Shown: positions 43,836 through 56,549, counted from the stretch's first letter. The stretch is DNA of 64,000 nucleotides from Octopus vulgaris (GCA_951406725.2 OX597815.1:18476001-18540000); one strand, 5' to 3'. Numbers and translations are program-made. The notes: generated by a model not told the origin, from the letters alone.

Positions 43836-45398
43836 ACTGATGTTTATTCATTCAAGCTTTTACAAACGTATGAATATGCATATGCAGGCGCATAGGCACG
43901 GATTTATTATGTGTAAACATATATATATATGATATTGAATGCAAACATCAGGAAAAACGCAACTAGAACATTGATTTCATTCCTGTATAATGTATTCATT
44001 TCACATCTGTAAAACCAGCGGCGCTGTTAACCAGGTTATTTGTTTTAAGTGAAACATCACGTTCTTTCTAGATGTACAGGCTTTTACAAATCACAGACCG
44101 ATTTGATTTCAAGTTATATATAATTTAAAGTTACTGGAGAATCAATGTTACAACATACGGTCTTAACATGGGTTCTGGACTATTTGACACACATGCATTT
44201 CGTGTGTCACATAGCTAGCTAGAGGTGATGGCCTCTTGGAGCTAATCAACAGCAGCATTCGTCTTATATTTCTGAACTGCCATATTAGCATAGCGATAAC
44301 TATAACATTTCTTCTCTTATGACACCTATACATTAAGAAATTACATGATATTCTTTGTAATTAATTTCGTGCCGTTAAAATATTTTTTTAAAAAATGTCT
44401 GAGAAACAGGTCATAACTATTGTGAAGTGATTCAAATTACAGAAATAAACTTAGATTAGCCGTATTACAGAAATAAATTTAGATGAGTCATAATAGGATT
44501 ACGAAATTAATTAGGCTCCATTTTGTATTTCGCTTTGTACGTGCTTCACTTTACACTGGTAAACTATTAGGAAAGGCGTGAACATCAAATGTTCACATTT
44601 ACCATTCTTTCTAAGTTTGGGATTTCATACTTATGTACGAAACAATAATAGTTTCATCCACATTGATTTAGACGTATTATTCTTCTAGTGTGTCTACAAT
44701 ACGACATAAATACAGGAAATTCGAATTTGAGAAACGTAAACAAGCCGTTAAACAGTATTGTTGAAAAAAACTATACTTCTAAAATAAGACAAATACCTTA
44801 AACATAAACAAAGAAGAACAAATATATAAACAACAACATAAGCCGAGATATTAAAAAAAAACCAAATAAAAATACCTATTATCACTGGTGCTAATGCTAA
44901 TAATATCAATGATTATACTTTAGTCTGTAATAGTGATGATAATATTAAATGTGATTTAAACATTTCTAGATTTGACATATTGATTTTTGATATAATGCTT
45001 AATCTTATTTTTTTTGCCCCTTGTATTTATAATTTATATACTCGTAAAACACACAAAATTGGTGTTTTCCTTCGCTGCTATGTCTCGTTTGATTTATTAC
45101 ATTGATCTTTACACTTTAGACATTTTCCAAACTATTTTGTTCAGACATACTCTGTGCTCTGTTGTAGTATCAGAATTCACGGGTTTGTAGAACACTCTCA
45201 GAAAGACAGTACAATTCAAAGATCTATGGAAGCCAACACGCACATACATACATGCAGACGGACAGACAAATACACACACGCATATATGTATGAATTTGTG
45301 TATTTAATCATATCAAAGGGAAATGGAAATTAATTAAAATTTACATTTCCAGTGGTCTAACGTGTAAAAAAAATTTAGTCAACAAGACTATATATTAG

Positions 45399-45695
45399 TC
45401 ATACGATATAGTGTATATTTAAACATATAAATACATAATGGATCCACTTATAGGGATTCTACACGCTAGAAAGAACAGCTAGGTTCTATAACCACAAAAA
45501 TTGCGGATAAAATTCGACAGGAATAAATTTGGAAATGAAAAACATTTACCATCTATTTTCCTGGACCAATTGCTTTCTGATCTTCTTTTAGCGAGTCAAG
45601 GAGAACTCACTAGGTCAACCTAGCTGTTCTTTCTAGCGTGTAGAATCCCTATAAGTGGATTCCCTATGTGTTTAAATATACACTATATCGTATGA
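45399..45695. repeat. Inverted repeat (~80-bp arms, ~130-bp spacer)
   Basis: TCATACGATATAGTGTATATTTAAACA..ATCCACTTATAGGGATTCTACACGCTAGAAAGAACAGCTAGGTT mirrored at 45617-45695. Confidence 0.9.
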
Positions 45696-45729
45696 ATGTG
45701 TGTATATATGTATTTGTATAGGATATCGC

Positions 45730-46180
45730 CATGCTGAAGCACCGCCTATTTCATACCCTTTTTCATAAGCATTCGTTTGGGGTTGGCTCTGATGAATGAG
45801 GTAGCCTGATTTTTCTGCCTTCATTTGCGTTTCTGGCTGTGATGTAAATTCATCTGGGATTTTGAACTGCAGAAAGCGAAAGTACTTCTTGAAAATATCT
45901 ATACCTACTTTATGTAGGTCTCTCAGGTTTCTTCGCAACATTTTAAAGAGCCGTGAATCTTTGAATGAAGAAGCTATTGCAGTACATCGTCCTCACTCTA
46001 GAAGTAATGGGTGAACTGTTTGGAACAGTGTAACGGGCGTCTTTGTCTTAAGCCAGTATAACTCATATCTTCATTATCTTCAATGTCATCCATATCATAG
46101 CATATCTCTTCCCTTTTCGCTCCAGGAAGTAGAGTTGTAATTCTTTAAGTCTTTCAGAAACAGGACAATAATTTTTAGCA
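45730..46180 (-). pseudogene. Decayed CR1-type LINE ORF2 C-terminus
   Basis: Minus-strand ERLKELQLYFLERKGKRYA..RLFKMLRRNLRDLHKVGIDIFK..IPDEFTSQPETQMKA, matching the RLxxLxLYSLERRRxR..LFNxLP..FKxxLD pattern. Confidence 0.7.
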
Positions 46181-46585
46181 TCTGCTCTGCTTCCTCATGT
46201 ACGGACAGGACATATTATACCCTCCTTTAAGTTACTGGAAAATCTACTACATGGAAGGAAGAAAGTTTTTGAATAAATTAACATACCGAAACGGACAACA
46301 GCACAGATGCATATTCAAAGGAAATGAAAGCCAAAAATTACCAATCAGTCCACGATTTTGTCTCATGAATTTCCAATCTATGTGTTTAACGGTTAGCGAA
46401 GTTGCGGAGTGTATAAAATATGAATAAAGTCTCAGAAACTTAATCTACGATGTTGTAGCTTGTAAAGGTAAAAAAACAGATTGTCCTAAAATTCTATTGA
46501 CATCTTTTAAGTGTCAACAATGCATACATACTTAGGTCCGTTCCATATAATTAGGTTTTCCAGAGAACCCTATAATTTCCATTAA

Positions 46586-46741
46586 TTCCATTATTTACAT
46601 TTGACGGTTATTCGTCCTCATTTTGTTTGTTGTTAACACAACGTTTAGGCTGATATACTCTCCAGCCTTTATCAGATGTCTTGGGAAAATTTCGAACCTG
46701 GATTCTCATTCCTAAGGTATTTTTCGATGTTGTTGTTGTTG

Positions 46742-46773
<32 letters not shown>

Positions 46774-46899
46774 TGTTTTTCTTTTTCTTCTTCTTTCAAA
46801 TTTGCTTCCATTTCTTGCCGAGCGTCTGCCCGACTCCTAGGGTAAATAAACTCATAGTATGCATTGGTAGGCCATTAAACCAAACTCAATAGTTCGTTC

Positions 46900-46960
<61 letters not shown>

Positions 46961-47040
46961 ATTACTGCCTGGAATCGAACTCGGAATCTTGGGATTAGTA
47001 GCCCACGCTCTTAACCACTACGCCACACGCCCGTGGGCAT
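46586..47040 (-). mobile_element. tRNA-headed, hammerhead-tailed SINE, full head
   Basis: Minus strand: GGGCGTGTGGCGTAGTGGTTAAGAGCGTGGGCTACTAATCCCAAGATTCCGAGTTCGATTCCAGGC (A and B boxes), then (AAT)n, then a tail with a decayed hammerhead at 46679-46636; ~130-bp secondary insert in the (AAT)n. Confidence 0.8.
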
Positions 47041-48192
47041 GGAAATGCGAAGAAAAAGTACATTTAAGGGTCACATGTTCTTAGCGTGTTTGCAATTATT
47101 TTCCTTAAAATTCCAAACTGTTTCTGCATTAATTCCTGATGCAATGGAGTGAGGAATAAAGTCTATTGGTATGATAACACCTCGTATTTCCCTTGTTCCT
47201 TCCTACTAGTAAATCAAACTTTCTTGTTACTAGTAAGTCACGGAACCACCAAATAATGATTCTAACTAATAATCACGAGAAGGTATACATAAAAATATAA
47301 AGGTGTCCGAGAAAATATATATAAATGGTAATGACTCAAGAGATACACATAAAATGCATATAAAACAGAACATTGGTCATTGGAAATGGAATTCCATTGA
47401 GGATTTGTTGTGATGTGTCGCTTTTATGTCGACCTTATGGAGACTAGTAATGTCATCTAATTCCAGACCAATCAAAACCGAACTTCAGTGAATACAACGA
47501 AATGACCCTTTAAGAGAACTAAAAGTGTGATAATGTAACATGTAATTATCTTTGTGGGTAAGAGCAATATGTCCATCACTTTAGAGCGGTGGTGTACAAT
47601 CAGTAGAAGTTTTTCAAACTGAGTAATTGGCAATCTCTGTTTTTGATGGAAGAGAGGGTGGGGTTACCACGTAGGAAAAAATATAGGAAAATGTGTTGTT
47701 GAAAATGCACCTAAATTTCAAAAACTCGTAAATGTTTAAAATGCATTGATTTACATATATACTAAACTAGTTTCAACAATATTTTTTGCTTATCAATGGT
47801 AAAAGTTTAAAATTAGAAAAAACATCTTTAAAAGTTTCAATAGTGACGAATTAAAACGTTTCCAATATTGACAAACTAAAATGTTTCAATGCTGATAAAT
47901 TAACATGTTCAAAACAGAAGGTGTAAATTTGAATGTTCATAGCAATCAATAAAGTTAAAACTTTATATCAGTTTGTTTGAATGTACAAAGTTCATTAATT
48001 TCAGTAGTGGTCGACAAGTCATACTGAAAAAAAAAAAAAAGTGTGAAATGAAAATAGTAAAACGGCGGTGCATCAGCATGTCCGCAGCTCTGAGCTGAAA
48101 CTAGGGGAAAAAAAGGGAATTTGGTTTACAGTTTCTCTGATCCTCTTCTAATAGACGCTTTCGCTTGTAATGGTATATTTTGGGATGAGAAA

Positions 48193-48613
48193 GGTGGCGA
48201 GCTGACAGAAACGTTAGCAAGTCGGGCGAAATGTTCTGAGTTCAAATTCAGCCGAGGTCGACTTTGCCTTTCATCCTTTCGGAGTTGCTAAAGTAAGTAC
48301 CAGTTACGCACTGGAGTCGATGTAATCGACGTAGTCCCTTTGTCTGTCCTTGTTTGTCCCCTCTGTGTTTAGCCCCTTGTGGGCAATAAAGAAATAAGAA
48401 ACGTTAGCAAGTCGGGCGAAATGCTCAGTGGTATTTCGTCTGCCGTTATGTTCTAAGTTCAAATTCAGCCGAGGTCGACTTTGCCTTTCATACTTTCGGG
48501 GACGGTAAATTAAGTACCAGTTACGCACTGGGGTCGATATAATCGACTTAATCCGTTTGTCTGTCCTTGTTTGTCCTCTCTGTGTTTAGCTCCTTGTGGG
48601 TAGTAAAGAAATA
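48193..48613 (+). mobile_element. Tandem dimer of SINE family A
   Basis: Two consecutive copies of core and tail. Confidence 0.9.
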
Positions 48614-49093
48614 GATATGTTTTGGGGTGAGATGAATTTATAATTTTTTCCGCGAGCGAATCTGATTTTTGGTTAGTTAAAATCCTGATGACGTTTTGTT
48701 TCCCGTGGTCAAGCTCGTCGTTCTGCTTGGTTGGTTTCCTTGTGGATACGGTCATAAGTAGCTCCGGTTGGTTGGTTCTCTTAAAGGCTCATTTCGTTGT
48801 ATTTGCTGAAGTTCGGTTTTGATTGGTCTACAGTTAGGTGACGTCAGCAACTGGTATTTCTAGAATTTCATTGAATTGGAGGTGGGTGATGTCAGCAACT
48901 GGTGTCTGTATGGTGATTTGGAAATGCAGTTTCAGAATCCTGGTAGAAGACTGTTACTAAATTTTAAAAAGCATTTTTGTTGTTTCTGGTTGTTTTTTGT
49001 GTTCAAAATTGAGTTTTTTTCTTTTCTTTTTACTGTTTTTTCTTCTTTCTAACACACACGCACGCACTCTCAAACACACAAGCACGTATACAT

Positions 49094-49174
<81 letters not shown>

Positions 49175-49258
49175 AATTAATAAATAAATAAAATATATGC
49201 ATATATACATACATATATGTACGTACTTACCTCTACATGTATATATACATGCATATAT

Positions 49259-49627
49259 GGTTACAGGACACCAAAAAAACGTCGAACGCAATGAGAAACG
49301 AAAACATAAACACAAAACCAAGGAAATGGACATTTTTTTAAAACAACGAAAAAATAAAGTACAGGACATACAAAACAAGGAAAATTCCCCTTCTTCAGTC
49401 GCCTTAATTTCATCTACTCCACGTTTCGATGGTCAAGGCGATACATGTCTTCATGAAATTTTCCTTCCCGCGAAAATCAAATTAAATAAAATTTGAGATT
49501 TTTTTGCGGAGGGGTAAAAATGGTAACAAAAACAGGATAGTAACGACAGTACAAAATATAAACAGTAAAAGACAGGACACGGAGAATAACAGTAGCACAA
49601 ACAAGAAGGGCTGTTAAGCCAAACCAG
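49259..49627 (-). mobile_element. PLE pseudo-LTR-like fragment in (TA)n with permuted hammerhead-like motif
   Basis: Flanked by TA-rich microsatellites; same A-rich plus-strand bias as the other pLTR fragments; contains CTGAAGA and GAAAC on the minus strand with complementary arms. Confidence 0.55.
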
Positions 49628-49691
49628 ATATATATATATATATACATATATATATTTATACTTGTATATATATATTTAATTACATACATCC

Positions 49692-49768
<77 letters not shown>

Positions 49769-49879
49769 ATTGCTTCTCTTGAGAGATTATAACGGTCCCG
49801 TCAATACATACACCACATCCCTTCACACAGCACAACATCACAATCATTCTGTTGATGAGCCTTTAGATAACTTTAAAGA

Positions 49880-50375
49880 CAAGCTGCTGACTGACAGGTT
49901 TTAAAACAAGTAACAGATATCATTCAAGTTTCTTCTACGTCTTTGCCCTTTGGAATCTAATTCTGAAGGAATGTTTTTATGAACTAGCATATGTCTTTTA
50001 AGTCCAGATATTGTCATACAAGTTTTGTGACATATGACGCATATCGTGAGAGGCGGTTGGTATTCAAGATCATTGCCTATCGGGACATTACGATTTTCAA
50101 GTGACTTCATATGATTCATGAATCAGGCTTTTGATAACAGAATATGGTCACGTATATTAACATATCGAATATTCACTGTTGATTACAGTTCCAATTGTTC
50201 CTTTGCGACAGGTCCTTTAACGTTCAGAATGCTGAATAATCTTTTCCTCCCAGAATTTAAGGATGCACGAAATTCTGCTAAGCATTTTCCTCCCATTAAT
50301 TGCAACAAGTCCTAACAGCGGCTCTCAACTTGGTCCGATCTAAAACATCATTTTCCCAATCTCTGTTGTTCATAT
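49880..50375 (-). pseudogene. Decayed RTE-like LINE ORF2 C-terminus with C2H2 finger
   Basis: Minus-strand DWENDVLDRTKLR (WExxAxDRxxWR-like) followed by CVICHKTCMTISGLKRHMLVH; stops in between. Confidence 0.6.
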
Positions 50376-50894
50376 ATATATGTACAGGGGGTCAACTCTT
50401 CAGTTCAAAGGTCATAAGGTCTAATGTTTGTTGTGAGGTTTAGTGCTAATTCTATATTCTTGTATGTATACGTAACTTGTTAACGAATGATGATAAAATT
50501 AACATGTTTACACACATACATGCATTGCACAGACACGCATGCATTGATATATATACATATATACATACATACTTACACAAGCACGCACACACACACAGAC
50601 ACACACACAGAGACACACACATATATCGCTGTATGTGGGTGGAGCCATTGTGTAAGTAATAAACACACGCATTGGTTCTGCTTAACTTCCTTAGTTTTAA
50701 TTGACAGTTGATTCAGTGGTTAATTCATTAACTAATAGATTAATATTGAATAAAACGCAGTGAAACAGAACCAATGCGTGTGGTAATTATTGACATAATG
50801 TCTTTCCTGAGATACACCAATATGTTTCAACACACGTGTTCAGATAGAGAATTTTGCAAACAAAATACAAGAACTATATATATATATATAAATA

Positions 50895-50998
<104 letters not shown>

Positions 50999-51166
50999 AA
51001 TTTATAAATATAAATTAATAATTTTAATTTTAAATTTAAATAATTTAAATTTTTTAATTTTATATTTTGTATATTTTGTATATTATATTAATTATTTTTA
51101 TTTTTATGTTTTGGTTAATGTTTTTCATTGTTTGATTTGCCTAATAGTGGTTTTATCTCTAATTTA

Positions 51167-51256
<90 letters not shown>

Positions 51257-52458
51257 AAGAGAGAGAGAGAGAGAGGTGCAAAAAAGGGAAAGCGAAAATA
51301 CTGTTTTTATAATTCCGTTGTATTCAGAGATAGTAGCGTTGTATACACATGTTTAGGTTATGTTACTTCATAAGGCATTAATCAAAATGCTAATAATAAA
51401 TCTGAATAAGCCACTGTTCATGCGTAAATAATATGACAACACTGATTGTTTCCACAACAGCTATAAAAAATGTGGAAAATTTACATTCTATTATTCTCCC
51501 TCTAATACAATGAAATGTAAGCATTTCATACAGTTGGAGGAATCGAATGATGATCTGTGGTTTTGTTGAATAATTATATACACGATTTAAGAAATATTAA
51601 TTACAAATAATCATTTGCATATAAAAATGGTCTAAAATGCTTAAATATGGAGAATATTTTCTTTCATTTAATTTATTCTTACTTATTTATAATAATATTT
51701 GTGTCAATTTAATGTGTGTATATTTTATATTAAAGAACACACCGTATGCAAGGGCATATTTGTAACTGGCTATAGGTTACTAAGTGAGATCTCAACATAG
51801 ACAGAAAGCAATTTAAAACTGGTGCCTTGAAATAATGAGAACTCTGGGAGGTCAATTATCCAATATATTGTTGAAAGGTGAAAGATGCTTGTTTAGTTCC
51901 CAAATGGCTTACAGAATATCTCCTCCACTTCTGAATTTTCCCGTGAATATAGGCTGAATTTTCAGTTTATAAATATAATAAAGAATTTTTAGTGTTCAGG
52001 CACAGGGCCAGTTTTCAAAAAATTGCCTTGACTACCGCGTAATCTCTTATCAGTCCATCATAGATACAAATAGAAGACAGATATTCGCCTTAATTTAAAA
52101 ATATAAAACCAGATTACACATACATCTCTATGTCATTTCTTCTGTGATGAATTATTATAGTTTAAATTATTGATATGATCTTAATAGTTGATAGCAAAGC
52201 TGATTTTTGTGCAATATTTAAGGTGATGCTTTCTATGAAAGTTCGTATATAGTCGATTATGATAGATCTGGTATGATAGATTATGATAGATCTCGTATAA
52301 TCTATTATAGTCTAATATGATATCTGAAATACAAAAAAAATTAAAAGATTAATTCTTCATATGTATAAAAGTGTCAACAGGTATTATAGATCCTGAAATT
52401 CTAATAATTGAAACATATATAGCCCGGATCTTATATACTCCATTCCTTAATTCTTGTA

Positions 52459-52616
52459 GCAGGAGTAGCTGTATGGTAAGAAGCCTGCTTACCAACCACA
52501 TGGTTCCGGGTTCAGTCGCACCTTGGGAAAGTGTCTTCTAATATAGCCTTGGGCATTGTGAGTGGATTTGGTAGATGGAAACTGAAAGAAGCCCGTCGTA
52601 TATATGTATGCATATA

Positions 52617-52673
<57 letters not shown>

Positions 52674-52875
52674 CTGTGTGTGTGCGCGTGTGTTTGTGTA
52701 TCTGTATTTGTTCCCTACCATCGCTTGACAATCGATGTTGGTGTGTTTACGTCCCCGAAACTTAGTGGTTCGGCAAAAGAGACCGATAGAATAAGTGCTA
52801 GGCTCACAATGAATAAGTGCTGGGGTCGATTTGTTCGACTAAAGGCGGTGCTCCAGCACGGCCGCAATCAAATGA
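52459..52875 (+). mobile_element. SINE family B
   Basis: Same head, body and tail as the other copies, with small deletions. Confidence 0.88.
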
Positions 52876-52892
52876 TATATATATATATCAAA

Positions 52893-52930
<38 letters not shown>

Positions 52931-52935
<5 letters not shown>

Positions 52936-53212
52936 AGCAATTCAAAATGAACAATTAAATTAACCCATCTAGAAAAATTACATATAACAGAAATATAAAA
53001 AGTAAAATAACAATAATATACCGATGATTAAGTAAAATTGCAAAATAATAATAAAAACGTAAATATTTAGGTCTTTATTATTTTTTAATTATTATTTTGC
53101 AATTTTACTTAACCATCGGTATATTATTGTTATTTTATTTCTTATATTTCTATTATATGTAATTTTTCTAGATGGTGTAATTTAATTGTTCATTTTGAAT
53201 TGATAAAATGTG

Positions 53213-53217
<5 letters not shown>
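52931..53217. repeat. Fold-back inverted repeat (~125-bp arms) embedded in (TA)n
   Basis: CAATTCAAAATGAACAATTAAATTA..TTAAGTAAAATTGCAAAATAATAAT mirrored by ATTATTATTTTGCAATTTTACTTAA..TAATTTAATTGTTCATTTTGAATTG. Confidence 0.92.
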
Positions 53218-53280
<63 letters not shown>

Positions 53281-53349
53281 TTTATGAAATTTGATTCAGT
53301 ATTTCTAAATTGAATTTTTCCCTGTAAGTCAGGAATAATATTCCCTTAA

Positions 53350-53453
<104 letters not shown>

Positions 53454-53459
53454 CATCAT

Positions 53460-54014
53460 TGAGTGAGAGAGCAGTTCATGCCATCAAAGTGACACTGGGG
53501 TAAAATATACGAAGCCCAATATACCCATCATGACTACCCGTCTGATAAAGGTACACCAGGCACATGCATCACAACCATATGTGCATGACATGGTGATCTC
53601 ATATCAAGATAAACAGCACATGACCTTGCAGGTGGGGCCCAGTTAGAATTTTCTTCAGGTTGAGTAGCCCATCCTGCTCAAAAGGTCCCTGAATAAGGGT
53701 TGCTTTAGGATGTTGAACGAAACACCTATGTTTCCAGAGGTGAACCATTCAAACTCCAAAGAATCCCTCTCAACACATGGCCATGATGCTCCCCCACTAC
53801 TTCTGCTCGTGATCAGAGATGCACGTATTGTCAGCCACTAAGGGACATGCTCAACTGGTTAAGGTCAAACAACTGACAAGCAAATCTGTGGTATTGAGCA
53901 GAATATTTGCTGTAGCCCATCTTTTATACCAAGACAAAACAATGTACATGATAACACTTCCAATCAGTTAAGATCAGAAGCCATGAGAGCCACTGCCTGG
54001 TACTGCATCAGGGC

Positions 54015-54017
<3 letters not shown>
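53460..54017 (-). mobile_element. Non-coding ~560-bp insert bounded by (ATT)n on both sides
   Basis: Abrupt GC-richer block between two long (ATT)n tracts; no ORF; strand assignment tentative. Confidence 0.5.
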
Positions 54018-54101
<84 letters not shown>

Positions 54102-54248
54102 AAAAAAATCTGAAGCCAATTGTTTTAATTGATTAACATCAATTTCTGCCCTCATTATTTAACTTTATATATGTATGTATATAGAAATATATGTAGATGG
54201 CTGAAAACGAACATATAAAAGGTTGAAAAGGAATATTTATGTATATAT

Positions 54249-55625
54249 ACGCTTAGTAGCTACATCTGGGAATTAAAGGATAAAAAAAATCAGTTATAGA
54301 TTTGAATGGCGTATTCTAGCAAAAACACCGTTTTCTAACACTACCAATAAGCGGTGTGATCTTTGTTTAACAGAATGCCTCCAAATATTAATGGCTAAAC
54401 CGCCTGTCCGCAATAGGAAATATGAAAATAATAGATTTTGTCTACATATAGGCCAATTTGTCTTCCCAAAGTTTCATTAAACACACTCAATCCTGTACAC
54501 ATCACTACCTCCCCTACTAGCAGACCTACTTATCAGCACATTAACTCCCCTTAACCTATTGCTAACCTAACAAGCATACACTAATCCAAGCCTACATTAT
54601 AAATGAATAAATAAATAATATACCCAATCCATATTCTACGTTACACTACTCGAAACCTACATTATAAACCAATAATTATATACCTATTCTACGTCCTACG
54701 CTAGCCTATTTATTCCTATAATTCTTTTTAGTCGAGAACCACCAACATTACTTACACGCAAAATTTCCCCTTCCAAACCCCTGTCTCTTTGCACTCTTCA
54801 TAACTAAATATTATTACGGTAAGGAGTCTCTACACCAGTGCTTTTCAAACTTGTTGCTGGAGTGGAACCCCAAGGAAACATTCCACTGGCTCGAGGAACC
54901 CCTGTGCAATAATTTAATAGTTTTATGCACACATATCTGCACAGGAGAATTAAAAATTACTGCCGATTTTAGCAGTTTTGTAACTTCTTGCGGAACCCCT
55001 AGACTGTACTGGCGGAACCCTAAGGTTCCGCGGAACCCTGGTTGAAAACCACTGCTCTACACGCTAGATCGGACCGACGCTCGATTTATACTTTACACTT
55101 ATATACGGCTTCCTTTAAAAATGCGAACCGCCTACAACCTATGACTTACTGACACATAGATCCTTCGCACCGGTTATCCGTTTAGAGTTAACTCCCTTAC
55201 ATTACACCGCCGGTCAATCCACAGAAGTCACAGAAAACTTTAAGACATGCTATTAAATGACCACGAGACCAAAGGTTCAACTAACTTCTATTCTTCTTAA
55301 ACCTCACAACGGTTTTAAAGAACATTGAACCTAACTATAATGTAAGACTTTCGAATCTTTGGTCATTTTCTTTTCCGATGTATCACTTTACCTTTTGCTC
55401 TTCTCTACTTCTGACTTTTTCGTCCTGATGATGTTTACCATCAACTAATTAAATATTGGCTTCATAGCGCAAAAGACACACTTGTTATTGTTATTTTTCC
55501 TCCATATAATTTAAACTACCTGCTGCCGTATACCTGTTACCAAGGACTATACCTACTGAGGTAATTACCAGAAGTGCCTTTGGATATATCTATCAATTAC
55601 AAGCTTTAAACAACTCTAACTTTTA
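54249..55625 (+). mobile_element. PLE 3' portion: GIY-YIG endonuclease C-terminus plus pseudo-LTR
   Basis: TLSSYIWELKDKK/ISYRFEWRILAKTPFSNTTNKRCDLCLTECLQIL..NRKYE..FCLH..* (one frameshift in an A8 run; stop 54478-54480), matching the PLE motif LSxYIWxLK..W..CxLCLxE..NKRxE..CxH; hammerhead remnant CTGATGA at 55425. Confidence 0.8.
54836..55054. mobile_element. hAT-family MITE nested in the PLE
   Basis: TIRs CAGTGCTTTTCAAAC / GGTTGAAAACCACTG; perfect 8-bp TSD CTCTACAC at 54828-54835 and 55055-55062; repeated GGAACCC subterminal motifs. Confidence 0.93.
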
Positions 55626-55661
55626 CATGCATATACATACATACATACATATATATATATA

Positions 55662-55703
<42 letters not shown>

Positions 55704-55897
55704 TTCCTTGTCAAGCCATGCTAGACTCATGAGAGCCGGCTTCCCGGTTTTAATGGTGTATATATTAGCCACCTTTGTGGGGCGCCGGTCCGTCGTAGGG
55801 TTAACCATTATTGCCAACTGAGTAGACTTGAGCAACGGGAAATGAAGTATTTTGTTTAAGAACACAACCCATCGCCCAGTCAAGTAATCTAAATCAT

Positions 55898-55983
<86 letters not shown>

Positions 55984-55986
<3 letters not shown>

Positions 55987-56549
55987 TTGCGTCGGAAATT
56001 AATTAGCACTTCTCAAATTTCTACATTTTCTTACATTTTCTTAATTTAATTAACTTATTATCAGAAACGAATTCGTTTTTAATCAAAAATTTATTAAAAC
56101 ATATCCCAGCACACCACATAATTGTTATTAATCGTGAAATTTAGTCAATATCTTGTTGCTCCTCCTTTGGCAGCAATGACAGCTGCTACGCGGGTCGGCA
56201 TGCTGTCTATGAGTGCCTGCAGGTACTGTGCAGGGATGGCCCCTCATGCAGCAAGAAGTGCCCCAAACAGCTCGTGTCGGTTCCTGTATTGCTGCACATT
56301 CAAATCCCTACCCAATCGACTCCAGAGGTTCTCAATAGGTTCAGGTCAGGTGACTGGCCAGCACGTACTCCTGGCCACCAAAGAGGTATCCCGTACTATC
56401 TCAACGTACTTTGCTGCGTTGATGTTGCCTTCGACGGCATAGAGCTACCCAACACCACTGTAGCTGAACGCCCCTCACACCATCAGACCACTCCCACCAT
56501 GCTTCATGGTGAGCAAATCAAGGGTGCTAATTAATTTCTGACAGTAATG
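55984..56549 (-). mobile_element. Internally deleted Tc1 transposon
   Basis: TIRs CACTTGCGTCGGAAATTAATTAGCAC / GTGCTAATTAATTTCTGACAGTAATG with TA on each side; minus-strand HGGSGLMV*GAF, QSPDLN(P)IENLW and LIDSMPTRVAAVIAAKGGATRY*. Confidence 0.93.

Noticed and set aside
46962-47032. tRNA gene call for SINE heads (also 12610-12682, 63203-63275)
   Set aside because: Acceptor stems are not intact and the heads are fused to repeat bodies, so they are SINE promoters.
49901-50119. C2H2 zinc-finger gene
   Set aside because: Single finger within a stop-ridden LINE ORF2 tail, not a tandem ZNF exon.
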